NCBI GenBank assembly: GCA_018649625.1
Contig: JABIHN010000075.1
Coordinates: 19,798 to 83,797, forward strand
From: Fidelibacterota bacterium
GTDB taxonomy: Bacteria > Fidelibacterota > Marinisomatia > Marinisomatales > UBA1611
Reading direction: 5' to 3'
DNA length: 64,000 bases
This document shows, one piece after another, positions 30,072 to 39,345 of the stretch. Numbering within the stretch: position 1 is the stretch's first letter; each line of letters begins with the position of its first letter. The notes beneath the pieces are model-generated. The model was not told the origin of the DNA, searched no databases, and was given only the letters and a program-made list of their open reading frames with translations. A program made the position numbers and the translations under genes.

Positions 30072-31688
30072 TTAACTTTCTTTAACCCAGATAATTAGTT
30101 TTTGTCCTGGATAAATAATATGAGAACCATATTTCATATTATTCCAGCGACGAATTTTATTTGCGAGGGTTCCAAAATCTTCTGCAATCTGACCCAATGT
30201 GTCACCACGTTTTACTTTATAATTTCGTTTTGTATGCCCAGATGGCCCACCATTATTTCCAGTCCCCCAAACATGTCCACCTTTTAATGGTACTTTCAAC
30301 TTTTGACCTACTCGAACTTTATTTCTATTTCGAATTTTATTGACGCTTGCGAGATCATGAATCGATACACTATATTTCTTAGAGATAGTCCATAAACTTT
30401 CACCGTATCGAACTCGATGTGTTACAAATTGTGGTGAGAACCGTTCGTTTTCAGGAATTACATTCCAAGCTGATAAAAATTGTGCTTTATGACCTACAGG
30501 TAATTTTAAAGAATAAGGCCCTTCTGATGGTGTTGCCGATTGGCGTAATTCAGGATTATACTCTCGAATAACCTTTCCTTTGATTCCAGCAACTCTCGCT
30601 AAAACAGCTAAGTCTGCACTCTCTTCTAAAACAACTTCATCATATTGAAAGGGCTTTACTATAGGAATTTTGAAACCATAAGCTTCAGGGGATTTTGCAA
30701 TAATGGCAGCAGATAAAAAGTATGGTATATAATTTCGTGTTTCCCTAGGTAAAGATTTAAGTTGCCAAAAATCATAAGTTTGATGAAGTTTTGATGCACG
30801 TAAGACACGACCTTCACCACAATTATAAGCAGCAAGCGCTAAATACCAGTTATCAAATAAATGATATAAATCTTTTAAATATTTACTTGCAGCGTGTGTG
30901 GCTTTCACCGGATCACGCCTTTCGTCTCGATACCAATCCCGAGAGAGACCATACTGTTTACCTGTTGCATAAACAAATTGCCACATTCCCGATGCATTAG
31001 CTTTACTATAAGCTTTTGGATTAAGCCCTGATTCAATCATTGCAAGATAAATAAATTCTTCCGGTAATTCATGTTCTGCTAAAATGGGAAGAATCAAATC
31101 TTTATAATAAACATAACGTTTCAACCAGATTTCAAATTGTTTACGGCCTTTGGTTTGAAAATAATTTATAAATTGATCAACTTGTTTGTTTCGTACCAAT
31201 GGAATATGTCCATCACGATCATCAACAACAATAAACTTGGTATCTCCCATTTCAATTTCATATGCTTCAGTAATATCAGCTCTAATTTTTTCTGCCATAA
31301 CTAGTGTGCCAGAATCCTGAACAGAAATCAATTTATGGGTATAGAAATCTGTGAATGTGCTATTAAACCTTTCAAATTCTTCTTGGTCTTCTAAATTCAT
31401 TTCACCAATTTGATCTGCTTCCATCATCAATTCGAAAATTCGGCTCAAAAGGAAAGTTACTTCAAGTGTATCACCATGAAAATCAGAAATAATGGCTTCT
31501 GACATGAGGCTTTTTGCGTCACTCAATATACCAGGTAAACGATTTCGAGATTCATCAATGTTCGCAGAACTATCACTAACAATAGCAAAAGCATTCACAG
31601 CATCGCTTGGAAGCGATCCTGCTTGAGACGCGGAATGAAATCCGGCCAAGAATATAACTGTTAAAATTGCGGTAAAGGTTTTAATCAA
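30072..31688 (-). CDS. Lytic murein transglycosylase (MltD-like) with two C-terminal LysM domains
   Basis: 538 aa with a signal peptide, an SLT core (ESGLNPKAYSKANASGMWQF, AAYNCGEG) and two LysM repeats (YRVRYGESLWTISKKY, YKVKRGDTLGQIAEDF). TTG start. Confidence 0.85.
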   Translation of the reverse strand: MIKTFTAILTVIFLAGFHSASQAGSLPSDAVNAFAIVSDSSANIDESRNRLPGILSDAKSLMSEAIISDFHGDTLEVTFLLSRIFELMMEADQIGEMNLEDQEEFERFNSTFTDFYTHKLISVQDSGTLVMAEKIRADITEAYEIEMGDTKFIVVDDRDGHIPLVRNKQVDQFINYFQTKGRKQFEIWLKRYVYYKDLILPILAEHELPEEFIYLAMIESGLNPKAYSKANASGMWQFVYATGKQYGLSRDWYRDERRDPVKATHAASKYLKDLYHLFDNWYLALAAYNCGEGRVLRASKLHQTYDFWQLKSLPRETRNYIPYFLSAAIIAKSPEAYGFKIPIVKPFQYDEVVLEESADLAVLARVAGIKGKVIREYNPELRQSATPSEGPYSLKLPVGHKAQFLSAWNVIPENERFSPQFVTHRVRYGESLWTISKKYSVSIHDLASVNKIRNRNKVRVGQKLKVPLKGGHVWGTGNNGGPSGHTKRNYKVKRGDTLGQIAEDFGTLANKIRRWNNMKYGSHIIYPGQKLIIWVKES

Positions 31689-31794
31689 AGGGATTTAGAC
31701 GAAATATCTATTGGAAGTTAGACTCAAGATAACCTTGATTCCAAGCTCTTCTATTTTCAATTTTAATTCTTTTATTATTAATAGTGAAACTGGA

Positions 31795-31802
31795 CAAATT
31801 TA
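31795..31802 (-). promoter_or_regulatory. Candidate Bacteroidota-type -7 promoter element upstream of the MltD-like gene
   Basis: Minus strand TAAATTTG matches TAnnTTTG, about 107 nt upstream of the start. The upstream -33 element is only TTTA-like. Confidence 0.25.
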
Positions 31803-31859
31803 ATATTCTATTTAGTCTAATCATAAATCCTATATTATTGATTATTATGGATAATAACA

Positions 31860-32954
31860 TCACAGCGCCCTTTTAACTTTACAAACTGAACAATGCCAAC
31901 CTGAGCAATAGTGCTTTTTTAATTGTAGAATACCTTGAGCAATTGGATAAGATTTCATTTGGTCTTTTGTAAGTTTACCACCAAACACTCTATTCACTTC
32001 GCCATAAATACCCGGAAGTTTTAAGCCAAACCATTTTTCAATATATATATCAAAACATTTAGGTGAATAGCCGGCTTGAAATGGATAATATACGTTCCCA
32101 CACCATTCAACCCAAGATACTTGGCCAAACCTATATCGCTTAAATATATTGAAAATTTTATTTAACGGTATTTGATTTGATTCATTATTGAATAAATCAT
32201 AGGTCAATTTCGCAATCCCATCCATAATAAACTGCGGATGTCTAGATGGCATTATACCAGCTTTATGCCATTTGAATTTTTTAGAACAATCCATAAACCT
32301 GGTTATCCAATTTTGCTTTACATTCTCTTTTTTCAATTTTGAGTATAAAGACGTACCCATTTCTCGATAAAGGTTTCGATTTTCACCTGATCCAAAATTG
32401 ACTAAGGTTTCAATAAAGTATATTTTTTTTCTTTCTTCATTATTTCCATGAAATAAATTCACTTTTTCATTCCATCGATAAATTCCCATCTCAATTAATA
32501 CATTGAGTTGGATGTTTGAAAATAATTGATTTGGAATAGCACAGATTTGATTTTCTTTTTCTTGATTTAAATCAAGCAGAACAGTTGGAATCTTTAACAC
32601 AGGGGATTTAGCAAAGGTTCCAACTCCATGTAAAATAACATTATTATAACGTGAATTTGCACCATGATTGTGTGTAATCCATGATGACTCATGAACATGA
32701 AGCTCTACATCACCCTTCTTCGCTTCTCCATTAATCCAAATTAAAGCATTTAAAAAATCAGGTCCTTCATTATTATTTCGTCTCCCTGGAGAATAAATTA
32801 TTAAAAAATCTCCACTCCTATCTTTAATGACAGTTCCGGGCTTTAAGTTTTCCCAATATTTGATAAAGCTTAATTCTAATAATTGATTCGGCTCACTAAT
32901 CTTGAAATTACTGATGGAAAATTGTGGTTGTTTTAGAATCATCTTAATTATCAA
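31860..32954 (-). CDS. DUF2851-family protein (function unknown)
   Basis: 364 aa with GPDFLNA...GDVELHVHESSWITHNHG...YNNVILH, as I recall for DUF2851, and a C-terminal Cys cluster CSGWHCSVCK. Overlaps the plsC stop by 11 nt. Confidence 0.6.
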   Translation of the reverse strand: MIIKMILKQPQFSISNFKISEPNQLLELSFIKYWENLKPGTVIKDRSGDFLIIYSPGRRNNNEGPDFLNALIWINGEAKKGDVELHVHESSWITHNHGANSRYNNVILHGVGTFAKSPVLKIPTVLLDLNQEKENQICAIPNQLFSNIQLNVLIEMGIYRWNEKVNLFHGNNEERKKIYFIETLVNFGSGENRNLYREMGTSLYSKLKKENVKQNWITRFMDCSKKFKWHKAGIMPSRHPQFIMDGIAKLTYDLFNNESNQIPLNKIFNIFKRYRFGQVSWVEWCGNVYYPFQAGYSPKCFDIYIEKWFGLKLPGIYGEVNRVFGGKLTKDQMKSYPIAQGILQLKKHYCSGWHCSVCKVKRAL

Positions 32955-33648
32955 TTAAATATTGTACTTCTTTTTGAACATGATTAGCTATGCCTCGTTT
33001 TGATTCGTAATCATTATGATCATTAATTATTGGTTTTCCTATCCTGAGCTCAATTGAATGATTTCTTAGGGTCAAAGAATTCTTATCTACCATCGCAAAT
33101 GTATTAATAAATGCGATGGGAACGATTGGTATATTCGCTTCAATTCCCAAGAGCAATCCACCACGCTTGAATTGATTCAATAACCCATTTTTTGTTCGAG
33201 TCCCTTCTGGAAATAGCAATACAGATCGGGGCATATTTATGAGAGATTCTTTTGCCATTTTTAATGATTCTATTGATTGGCTTTTTCTATTACGATCTAC
33301 AAATATATGGCCTGCAGCTCGCATAACCCATCCTAAAACTGGAATACTTCGTAATTCTATTTTCGCAATAGATACAATCCAAAATGGTAATCCTGCAAAT
33401 GCCAAGAGGATATCAATTTCTGAAGCATGATTTCCTGCAAAAATGTAGGATTTATTACTTTCAAGGTGGTGGAGTCCCCTGACAGAATAATTAATTCCGC
33501 TAAAAAAAAGAATTAATCTTGCCCATAAATGAGCACAATATCCTAAGGCTCTCCCTCTCCGAAATTCAAAGAATGAGATTATAAATCCTATTAAACCCAA
33601 AATGGTTGTTAACATTATTGTTAATATTAATACCCAAATATATCTCAA
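32944..33648 (-). CDS. plsC: 1-acyl-sn-glycerol-3-phosphate acyltransferase
   Basis: 234 aa: N-terminal TM, NHASEIDILL (HX4D) and FPEGTRT. Confidence 0.88.
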   Translation of the reverse strand: MRYIWVLILTIMLTTILGLIGFIISFFEFRRGRALGYCAHLWARLILFFSGINYSVRGLHHLESNKSYIFAGNHASEIDILLAFAGLPFWIVSIAKIELRSIPVLGWVMRAAGHIFVDRNRKSQSIESLKMAKESLINMPRSVLLFPEGTRTKNGLLNQFKRGGLLLGIEANIPIVPIAFINTFAMVDKNSLTLRNHSIELRIGKPIINDHNDYESKRGIANHVQKEVQYLIDN

Positions 33649-34917
33649 CTAACGAATCTCACTTATACCAAGAAAATTAGCAACTTCATCTGGAAATTGA
33701 ATAGTTCCATCCTCTTGTTGATAAGTTTCCAATAAGGCGACCATTAGACGAGGTGTTGCTACTCCAGACCCATTTAAGGTATGAAGGTAACCAACTTTTT
33801 TATCATCTGTTTTTCTGTATCTAATATTCCCTCGTCTTGCTTGAAATGATTCAAAGTTGCTACAGGATGATACTTCAAGCCAATTATTTTCTCCTGGAGC
33901 CCATATTTCAATATCATAGCATTTTGCAGCAGCAAAGCTCATATCTCCAGTACAAAGTTCTATGACTCGATAATGTAATCCAAGTTGTTGAAGAATAGTT
34001 TCTGCTTGAAGTGTCAAAGATTCCAATTCATCATAAGATGTTTCTGGTGTTGTAAACTTTACCAACTCGACTTTATTGAATTGGTGAACCCGCAGTAACC
34101 CTCTTGTATCCTTCCCATAGGATCCTGACTCACGTCGAAAACAGGGAGTATACGCAACATAATAAACGGGTAACTCCGATTCGTCCAAGACTTCATCCCG
34201 ATGAACATTTGTAACAGGAACTTCTGCGGTAGGCGCTAAATATAGATTATCTATTTCCGTATGATACATATCTTCTGAAAATTTCGGTAATTGTCCCGTT
34301 GTTAGCATTGATTCTTTTCGCATTAATACTGGAGGAGCTAATTCTTTAAATCCAAATTGAGAGACATGATGGTCGAGCATAGAATTAATAAGAGCCCGCT
34401 CAAGTTTAGCTCCATTTCCTGTATAAAGTGGAAACCCACTTCCGGATATTTTTGCACCTCGTTTTAAATCTAAGAGCGATAGATTATCTGTAATATCTAA
34501 ATGTGTTTTTGGTGTAAATGAAAAACTCGGTTTTTCTCCCCAATATCTTACTTCTACATTATCCATTTCATTCTTACCCTGAGGAACACTATCATGAGGT
34601 AGATTGGGTATTTGGTACAAGAGCGTGGTTAACTTTTCTTCAACAATTTGTAACTGATTTTCGACTGTCTTTAAATGGTCACCCAACTCTCTCATTTCTG
34701 AAATAGCGTTTGATGCGTCATCTCCTGCTTTTTTTGCAATCCCAATGGATTCAGATGCTGAGTTTCGTTTTGCCCTTAATTCATTGATTATGGTTTGATG
34801 TTGTCGAGATTTATTATCTAAGTCTAGAATTATGTCAACATCAATTGGATCATTTTTTAATGAAAGTTTTAATTTGAAGAGTTCCGGGGTTTTTCGAAGG
34901 TTTTTAAGAGATATCAT
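33649..34917 (-). CDS. serS: Seryl-tRNA synthetase
   Basis: 422 aa: N-terminal coiled-coil arm and class II motifs (FRRESGSYGKDTRGLLRVHQF, GSGVATPRLMVALLE). Confidence 0.95.
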   Translation of the reverse strand: MISLKNLRKTPELFKLKLSLKNDPIDVDIILDLDNKSRQHQTIINELRAKRNSASESIGIAKKAGDDASNAISEMRELGDHLKTVENQLQIVEEKLTTLLYQIPNLPHDSVPQGKNEMDNVEVRYWGEKPSFSFTPKTHLDITDNLSLLDLKRGAKISGSGFPLYTGNGAKLERALINSMLDHHVSQFGFKELAPPVLMRKESMLTTGQLPKFSEDMYHTEIDNLYLAPTAEVPVTNVHRDEVLDESELPVYYVAYTPCFRRESGSYGKDTRGLLRVHQFNKVELVKFTTPETSYDELESLTLQAETILQQLGLHYRVIELCTGDMSFAAAKCYDIEIWAPGENNWLEVSSCSNFESFQARRGNIRYRKTDDKKVGYLHTLNGSGVATPRLMVALLETYQQEDGTIQFPDEVANFLGISEIR

Positions 34918-35196
34918 ATTTTTTTACTTTATTAGTTAGGGTTAATTTATTTTTAATTTATTTATTTTGCTACAATAATGAATATAGTTTTTTTAAAAGG
35001 GCTTATGCCCGGGCTATTTTTTCATTGGAATTTCTAAAGTTAATTTATAATTTTACAGGTACATGTAAGGATTTTTATCGATACAAACTGTGCCCAGTTT
35101 ACCAAATAATAGGCAACTAAAAAAATAAAACCTTCGTCTGGACGATAGTAGATCCTTATTCCATGTCGATTTCTCGACGATAAACACCAAAATAAA

Positions 35197-36840
35197 ATGA
35201 AAATAATAATATCTCTATGGGGACTTTTTGCCCTCATTTCAGCACAGACCTTAGACATCAATGCTCTTCGAGGCGCACAAATGAATTCTCCTATGTTGGG
35301 TTTAGGAAATTCAACTGTCACTCGGGAAACTCAAACCTTAAATATCCACTTAATGGATAGGCCCGTAAATAAATCCAAATATATTGTTGGCCCGGGCGAT
35401 CAATTTCAAGTGAATATTATTTCAAGTTCTGAAGTTTCTACTTTGAGCCTTGTGGTATCACCTACAGGAGAAATTCTAGTACCATCCGCTGGCGTTGTTG
35501 AAGTATACGGATTAACCTTATTGGAATCTATCACAGCTATTAAAACCGCAATCCAGATTTGGAATAAAAATGCGAAAATTCATATTACACTTTCACAAAT
35601 TAGGGAATTTAAAATAAAAGTAATTGGGCATCTACAAAAGCCCGGGCTTTATTCTGCTACCCCTGTATCAAGAGTTTCAGATCTATTTGAAATTGTTATG
35701 GAAGAAGAATTCCAATCTCAACAATTAGAGACACCTGAAGCAAGTGATGTTGATCAAGGTTTTAACACAGAAAAATTAACCTACCCTGAATTATCAAGAC
35801 GAAATATTTTAATTCTAAGGCACCAAGATACAATTCAAGTTGATTTAGCAAAATTCGGAGCAACAGGAGAAGATCAATACAACCCATTTATTCATCAAGA
35901 AGATATTCTACTCATTCCGTTGAAGCAGGATTTTTCATCTATTTACGGTGGAGTCAAAATTCCAGGCCAATATGAATATGTCCCAAATGAATCATTAGCG
36001 GATTTAATACAATTATCTGGCGGGTTACGTCCTGATGTTGACCCAAATAAAATTGAAATTACAAGATTTAATACTCCAACCGATAAATTCACTTTCTTAA
36101 CGACAATTGATGAATCCCCAACAATTATGATCGAACCTGAAGATCATATTATGATTCGGTACGAACAAGATTTCAAACGTCAAGACATTGTATATATAAC
36201 AGGGGAAATTCATTTTCCTGGGGTATACACAATTGATCAGACATCTACTTTAGGGCAAATTCTTAAAAAAGCTGGTGGATACACACGTAAAGCTGAACCT
36301 TCAAAATTGATGATAAATAATTTTTCAATTAACAAATTATCAGATCGAGAAGAAAAAAGGATTTTACTAATTCCTGAAGAGAACAGAGCTTTTTCAGAAA
36401 GAGCTTACATTAAAGCCAGAGCACTAACAACTAAAGGTACAATCGAATCGAACTCACTTGAACAAACCAAATCTCTTATGGAGTTTCAACTTGTAAATAA
36501 TGATGAAATTTATGTGCCTGAAAATTTTAATTATATTGAAGTTCTAGGAGGTGTTTTCAAACCTGGAAGGTATCCTTTCTCACATGAAAAATCTTATCAG
36601 GATTATATTATGCTTGCAGGAGGAAAAACAAAAAATGCTACGCGGAACATTTTTATAATAAAAGCAGGAACAGGACAACGATTATCTGCAAAAAACAATG
36701 TAGAAATTGAAAATGGTGATACCATTTTTATCTCAGATAAAATTGAATTTAATAAATGGATTATATTGAAGGATGTATTATCCACACTAGGTCAAGTTGC
36801 CACTCTGATTCTTGTTCTTCAAAATGTAATAGGGAATTAA
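35197..36840 (+). CDS. wza: Polysaccharide export protein (Wza-like, several SLBB repeats)
   Basis: 547 aa: signal peptide, Poly_export motif YIVGPGDQFQVNI, repeated SLBB-like blocks (GGVKIPGQYEY, GEIHFPGVYTI, GGVFKPGRYPF) and a C-terminal hydrophobic helix. Confidence 0.8.
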   Translation: MKIIISLWGLFALISAQTLDINALRGAQMNSPMLGLGNSTVTRETQTLNIHLMDRPVNKSKYIVGPGDQFQVNIISSSEVSTLSLVVSPTGEILVPSAGVVEVYGLTLLESITAIKTAIQIWNKNAKIHITLSQIREFKIKVIGHLQKPGLYSATPVSRVSDLFEIVMEEEFQSQQLETPEASDVDQGFNTEKLTYPELSRRNILILRHQDTIQVDLAKFGATGEDQYNPFIHQEDILLIPLKQDFSSIYGGVKIPGQYEYVPNESLADLIQLSGGLRPDVDPNKIEITRFNTPTDKFTFLTTIDESPTIMIEPEDHIMIRYEQDFKRQDIVYITGEIHFPGVYTIDQTSTLGQILKKAGGYTRKAEPSKLMINNFSINKLSDREEKRILLIPEENRAFSERAYIKARALTTKGTIESNSLEQTKSLMEFQLVNNDEIYVPENFNYIEVLGGVFKPGRYPFSHEKSYQDYIMLAGGKTKNATRNIFIIKAGTGQRLSAKNNVEIENGDTIFISDKIEFNKWIILKDVLSTLGQVATLILVLQNVIGN

Positions 36841-36841
36841 T

Positions 36842-38020
36842 ATGGAATTAACACAACACGAACAAAAAATATTAGATATTATTAATAGCAATCCTGAAAT
36901 ATTGGACGATCCTGTTCAGCGTTCTATAATTGCTCAACGCCACGGACTAACAGAAAAAACATTGCGTAATCGTATTGCTGAGTTCAAAAAATACGGGTTG
37001 ATTCATTCAAATAATCAAGTTATCCCGACTAATGGAGATATTGATATTGTTCAAATATTTCAATTAATATGGCAAAAAAAATTAACTGTTATTTCATATT
37101 CTTTTGTATTTGGTATGCTTGCCATTATTTATCTTTTGGTAAAAACACCCTTATTCACTTCAACTATCACAATGTACCCAGCAGGTGATTTATCCCAAAC
37201 AAAGTCTGTTATGGGAACCAATCTCTCTACAATAGCAGAATCTTTTGGACTAGCAGGTTTATCTTCAGCCCCCAATTATAATATACCGGATATTGTTAGT
37301 AGTGCACGGTTAAAAAATGTTATTGCTCTAAATAAATGGAGTATTGAAAACAGGAAATCAGATAAAACTCTTATTTCTTATTGGGAAATGGATCAAGAAT
37401 CATTCAGTGTATTAGGATTTATTAAATCCTTCTTCCCTAAAGGCTACCAATCCGCATCAAAAGAAGATAAATATCTAGATAGAGCTATCAAAGAATTAGA
37501 AGATAGAATATTTGTATCCGAAACAGGTTCAGGACTCATTACCATTGATGTTGACATGGAAGAACCAAAACTCGCAGCTGATATTGCAAATTTCATATCA
37601 GAATTTGTCACAAAATTTGTATCAAAAGTACAAAAAGCAAATGCCTTTAAGAATCGAGTATTTATTGAAAATCAATTGACAAGCTCTTCGGAAATTTTAA
37701 ATAAATCTGAAGAAAATCTTGTTAAGTTTAAAAATAAAAACCCTATTAATTTGGACACTCCCGAAATAGCCATGACCCGAACAAGGCTTCACAGAGAAAT
37801 TGAAGAAAATCAAACTGTATATCTGACTCTTAGGCAACAATTCGAAATTGCACGAATCGATGAGCAACAAGAAGAAATTTTAATTAATATATTAGATGAA
37901 GCTATACCTGCAGTAAGAGTATCTAAACCAAAAAAAATAATTATACTATTACTTGCTGGTTTTTTAGGTATCGCAATTTCGATTCCTGTCATTTTATATA
38001 AAGATTACCCAACAATTTGA
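36842..38020 (+). CDS. Wzz-type chain-length determinant with an N-terminal winged-HTH-like extension
   Basis: 392 aa. Residues 1-58 (QKILDIINSNPEI...IAQRHGLTEKTLRNRIAEFKKYGLI) look like an AsnC/Lrp-type HTH. The Wzz layout follows: TM1, periplasmic coiled coil, C-terminal TM (KPKKIIILLLAGFLGIAISIPVILY). No kinase domain. Confidence 0.7.
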   Translation: MELTQHEQKILDIINSNPEILDDPVQRSIIAQRHGLTEKTLRNRIAEFKKYGLIHSNNQVIPTNGDIDIVQIFQLIWQKKLTVISYSFVFGMLAIIYLLVKTPLFTSTITMYPAGDLSQTKSVMGTNLSTIAESFGLAGLSSAPNYNIPDIVSSARLKNVIALNKWSIENRKSDKTLISYWEMDQESFSVLGFIKSFFPKGYQSASKEDKYLDRAIKELEDRIFVSETGSGLITIDVDMEEPKLAADIANFISEFVTKFVSKVQKANAFKNRVFIENQLTSSSEILNKSEENLVKFKNKNPINLDTPEIAMTRTRLHREIEENQTVYLTLRQQFEIARIDEQQEEILINILDEAIPAVRVSKPKKIIILLLAGFLGIAISIPVILYKDYPTI

Positions 38021-39345
38021 GACTACCTCGCTATAGTTGGAAGCATCCGTTTAGTCACGCAGGGATAAATTATCTTATAGGCGTCGGTGGCACAATGATT
38101 TTTATTATTGGCGGAAAAGGATTAAGCTATTTATTTCAAATAACTATGACCTATCAATATGGTGCTTCTGTGGCGGGCATATTTACTCTTTGGTTTTTGA
38201 GTATAAATATAATGTCATTTTTATCACGGTGGGGATTAGATGTTTTATCTGTTCAACTTATTCCGAAATACCAAGGACAGCCAGGAAAACAATGGTATAC
38301 TATAAAATCAATTTTAGTATTATCTAGTATAACATCACTGTTATTTTCTGGGTTTTGGTTTCTTATACATCCTTGGGTAGCGAAAACCATTTTTAACAAT
38401 GCATCTCTAGCCACTCCATTCTTCTATAGTATTTTTATTTTATTTCCATTCAATTTTTTATTTTTATTTGGCGGAGTACTTCGTGGCTTTAAACAATTCT
38501 ATTCTTTTGCTTTTGTTCAACACTTTTTTCTACATCTCGTCGCTTTGATTGCTTTATTTGTCGGTAATAATTATTTAAATCAATCCATTAATTTACAATT
38601 TCCAATTTATGCTTTTTCCATTGGAATAGTTGGAAGCACATTAGCAGGAATTATTCTTGTCTATAAACAATATCCTAATGGAATAATTATAGAAAAGACT
38701 GATGACAAAATATTAAAAGCAGGTACGCCATTCGCTTTATCAAATTTATCATATTTTTTATTAAGTTGGATGGATGCACTTTTAATTGGAATTTTTCTAA
38801 ATAACGAATCAGTAGGGATTTTTAATTTAATTTTAAGAATCGCTATGATAATTAGTCTCCCTATCCTGGGGATAAATAGTGTTTCTGGGCCAAAAATTTC
38901 TAGTGCTTTCTTTTCTCGTTCTGCATCAAAGTTAAAGAAGAATATTCTTGTCACTGTAGCCGTTGGTTTTTCCACTGCCCTTCCCTTGAGTTTGATTATT
39001 ATATTATTTCGTGAAAAAATATTAACCTTATTTGGGCCAGAATTTGGTATGGCAAGTCTTCCTCTTTTGATTTTAGCTATTTCTCAATTTTTTCATTCTT
39101 CTACTGGGTCTGCTGGTTTATCGCTACAAATGATGAACCGAGCTAGAGATTTTCAAAATATATTAATCGGTGCTGTTTTATTAAAATTATGTCTTGGTAC
39201 ATTTCTAATTCCAAATTTCGGTTTAACTGGTGCGGCTATCAATGTTATGATCGTAACACTTTTTTGGAAAAGTACAACTTGGCTAATTCTAATTAAGAGG
39301 TTTAAAACATTTAGATTATCAATAAATGGTGGATTAAATGTCTAA
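38017..39345 (+). CDS. wzx: Wzx-type oligosaccharide flippase (MOP superfamily)
   Basis: 442 aa with about 12 TM segments. Located between wzz and the modification/polymerase genes. TTG start overlaps the wzz stop. Confidence 0.7.
   Translation: MRLPRYSWKHPFSHAGINYLIGVGGTMIFIIGGKGLSYLFQITMTYQYGASVAGIFTLWFLSINIMSFLSRWGLDVLSVQLIPKYQGQPGKQWYTIKSILVLSSITSLLFSGFWFLIHPWVAKTIFNNASLATPFFYSIFILFPFNFLFLFGGVLRGFKQFYSFAFVQHFFLHLVALIALFVGNNYLNQSINLQFPIYAFSIGIVGSTLAGIILVYKQYPNGIIIEKTDDKILKAGTPFALSNLSYFLLSWMDALLIGIFLNNESVGIFNLILRIAMIISLPILGINSVSGPKISSAFFSRSASKLKKNILVTVAVGFSTALPLSLIIILFREKILTLFGPEFGMASLPLLILAISQFFHSSTGSAGLSLQMMNRARDFQNILIGAVLLKLCLGTFLIPNFGLTGAAINVMIVTLFWKSTTWLILIKRFKTFRLSINGGLNV

Noticed and set aside
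29659-30075. Plus-strand ORFs of 138 aa and 86 aa opposite the HU-like and bS22-like genes
   Set aside because: Their low-complexity F/S/R-rich translations mirror the Lys-rich minus-strand genes. The minus-strand products are clearly recognisable.
35140-35151. An ops/JUMPstart-like element (GGACGATAGTAG) upstream of wza
   Set aside because: It has two mismatches to the GGCGGTAG core, and no RfaH/UpxY-type antiterminator is visible. The similarity is too weak.
34918-35196. A T-box or other leader RNA upstream of serS
   Set aside because: No T-box consensus, specifier-loop architecture or terminator/antiterminator pair could be found on the minus strand. There are only short 4-5 bp hairpins.
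35040-35321. A 93-aa minus-strand ORF spanning the wza start and promoter region
   Set aside because: It has no motif and overlaps the well-supported wza signal peptide. It would also lie inside the divergent promoter region.
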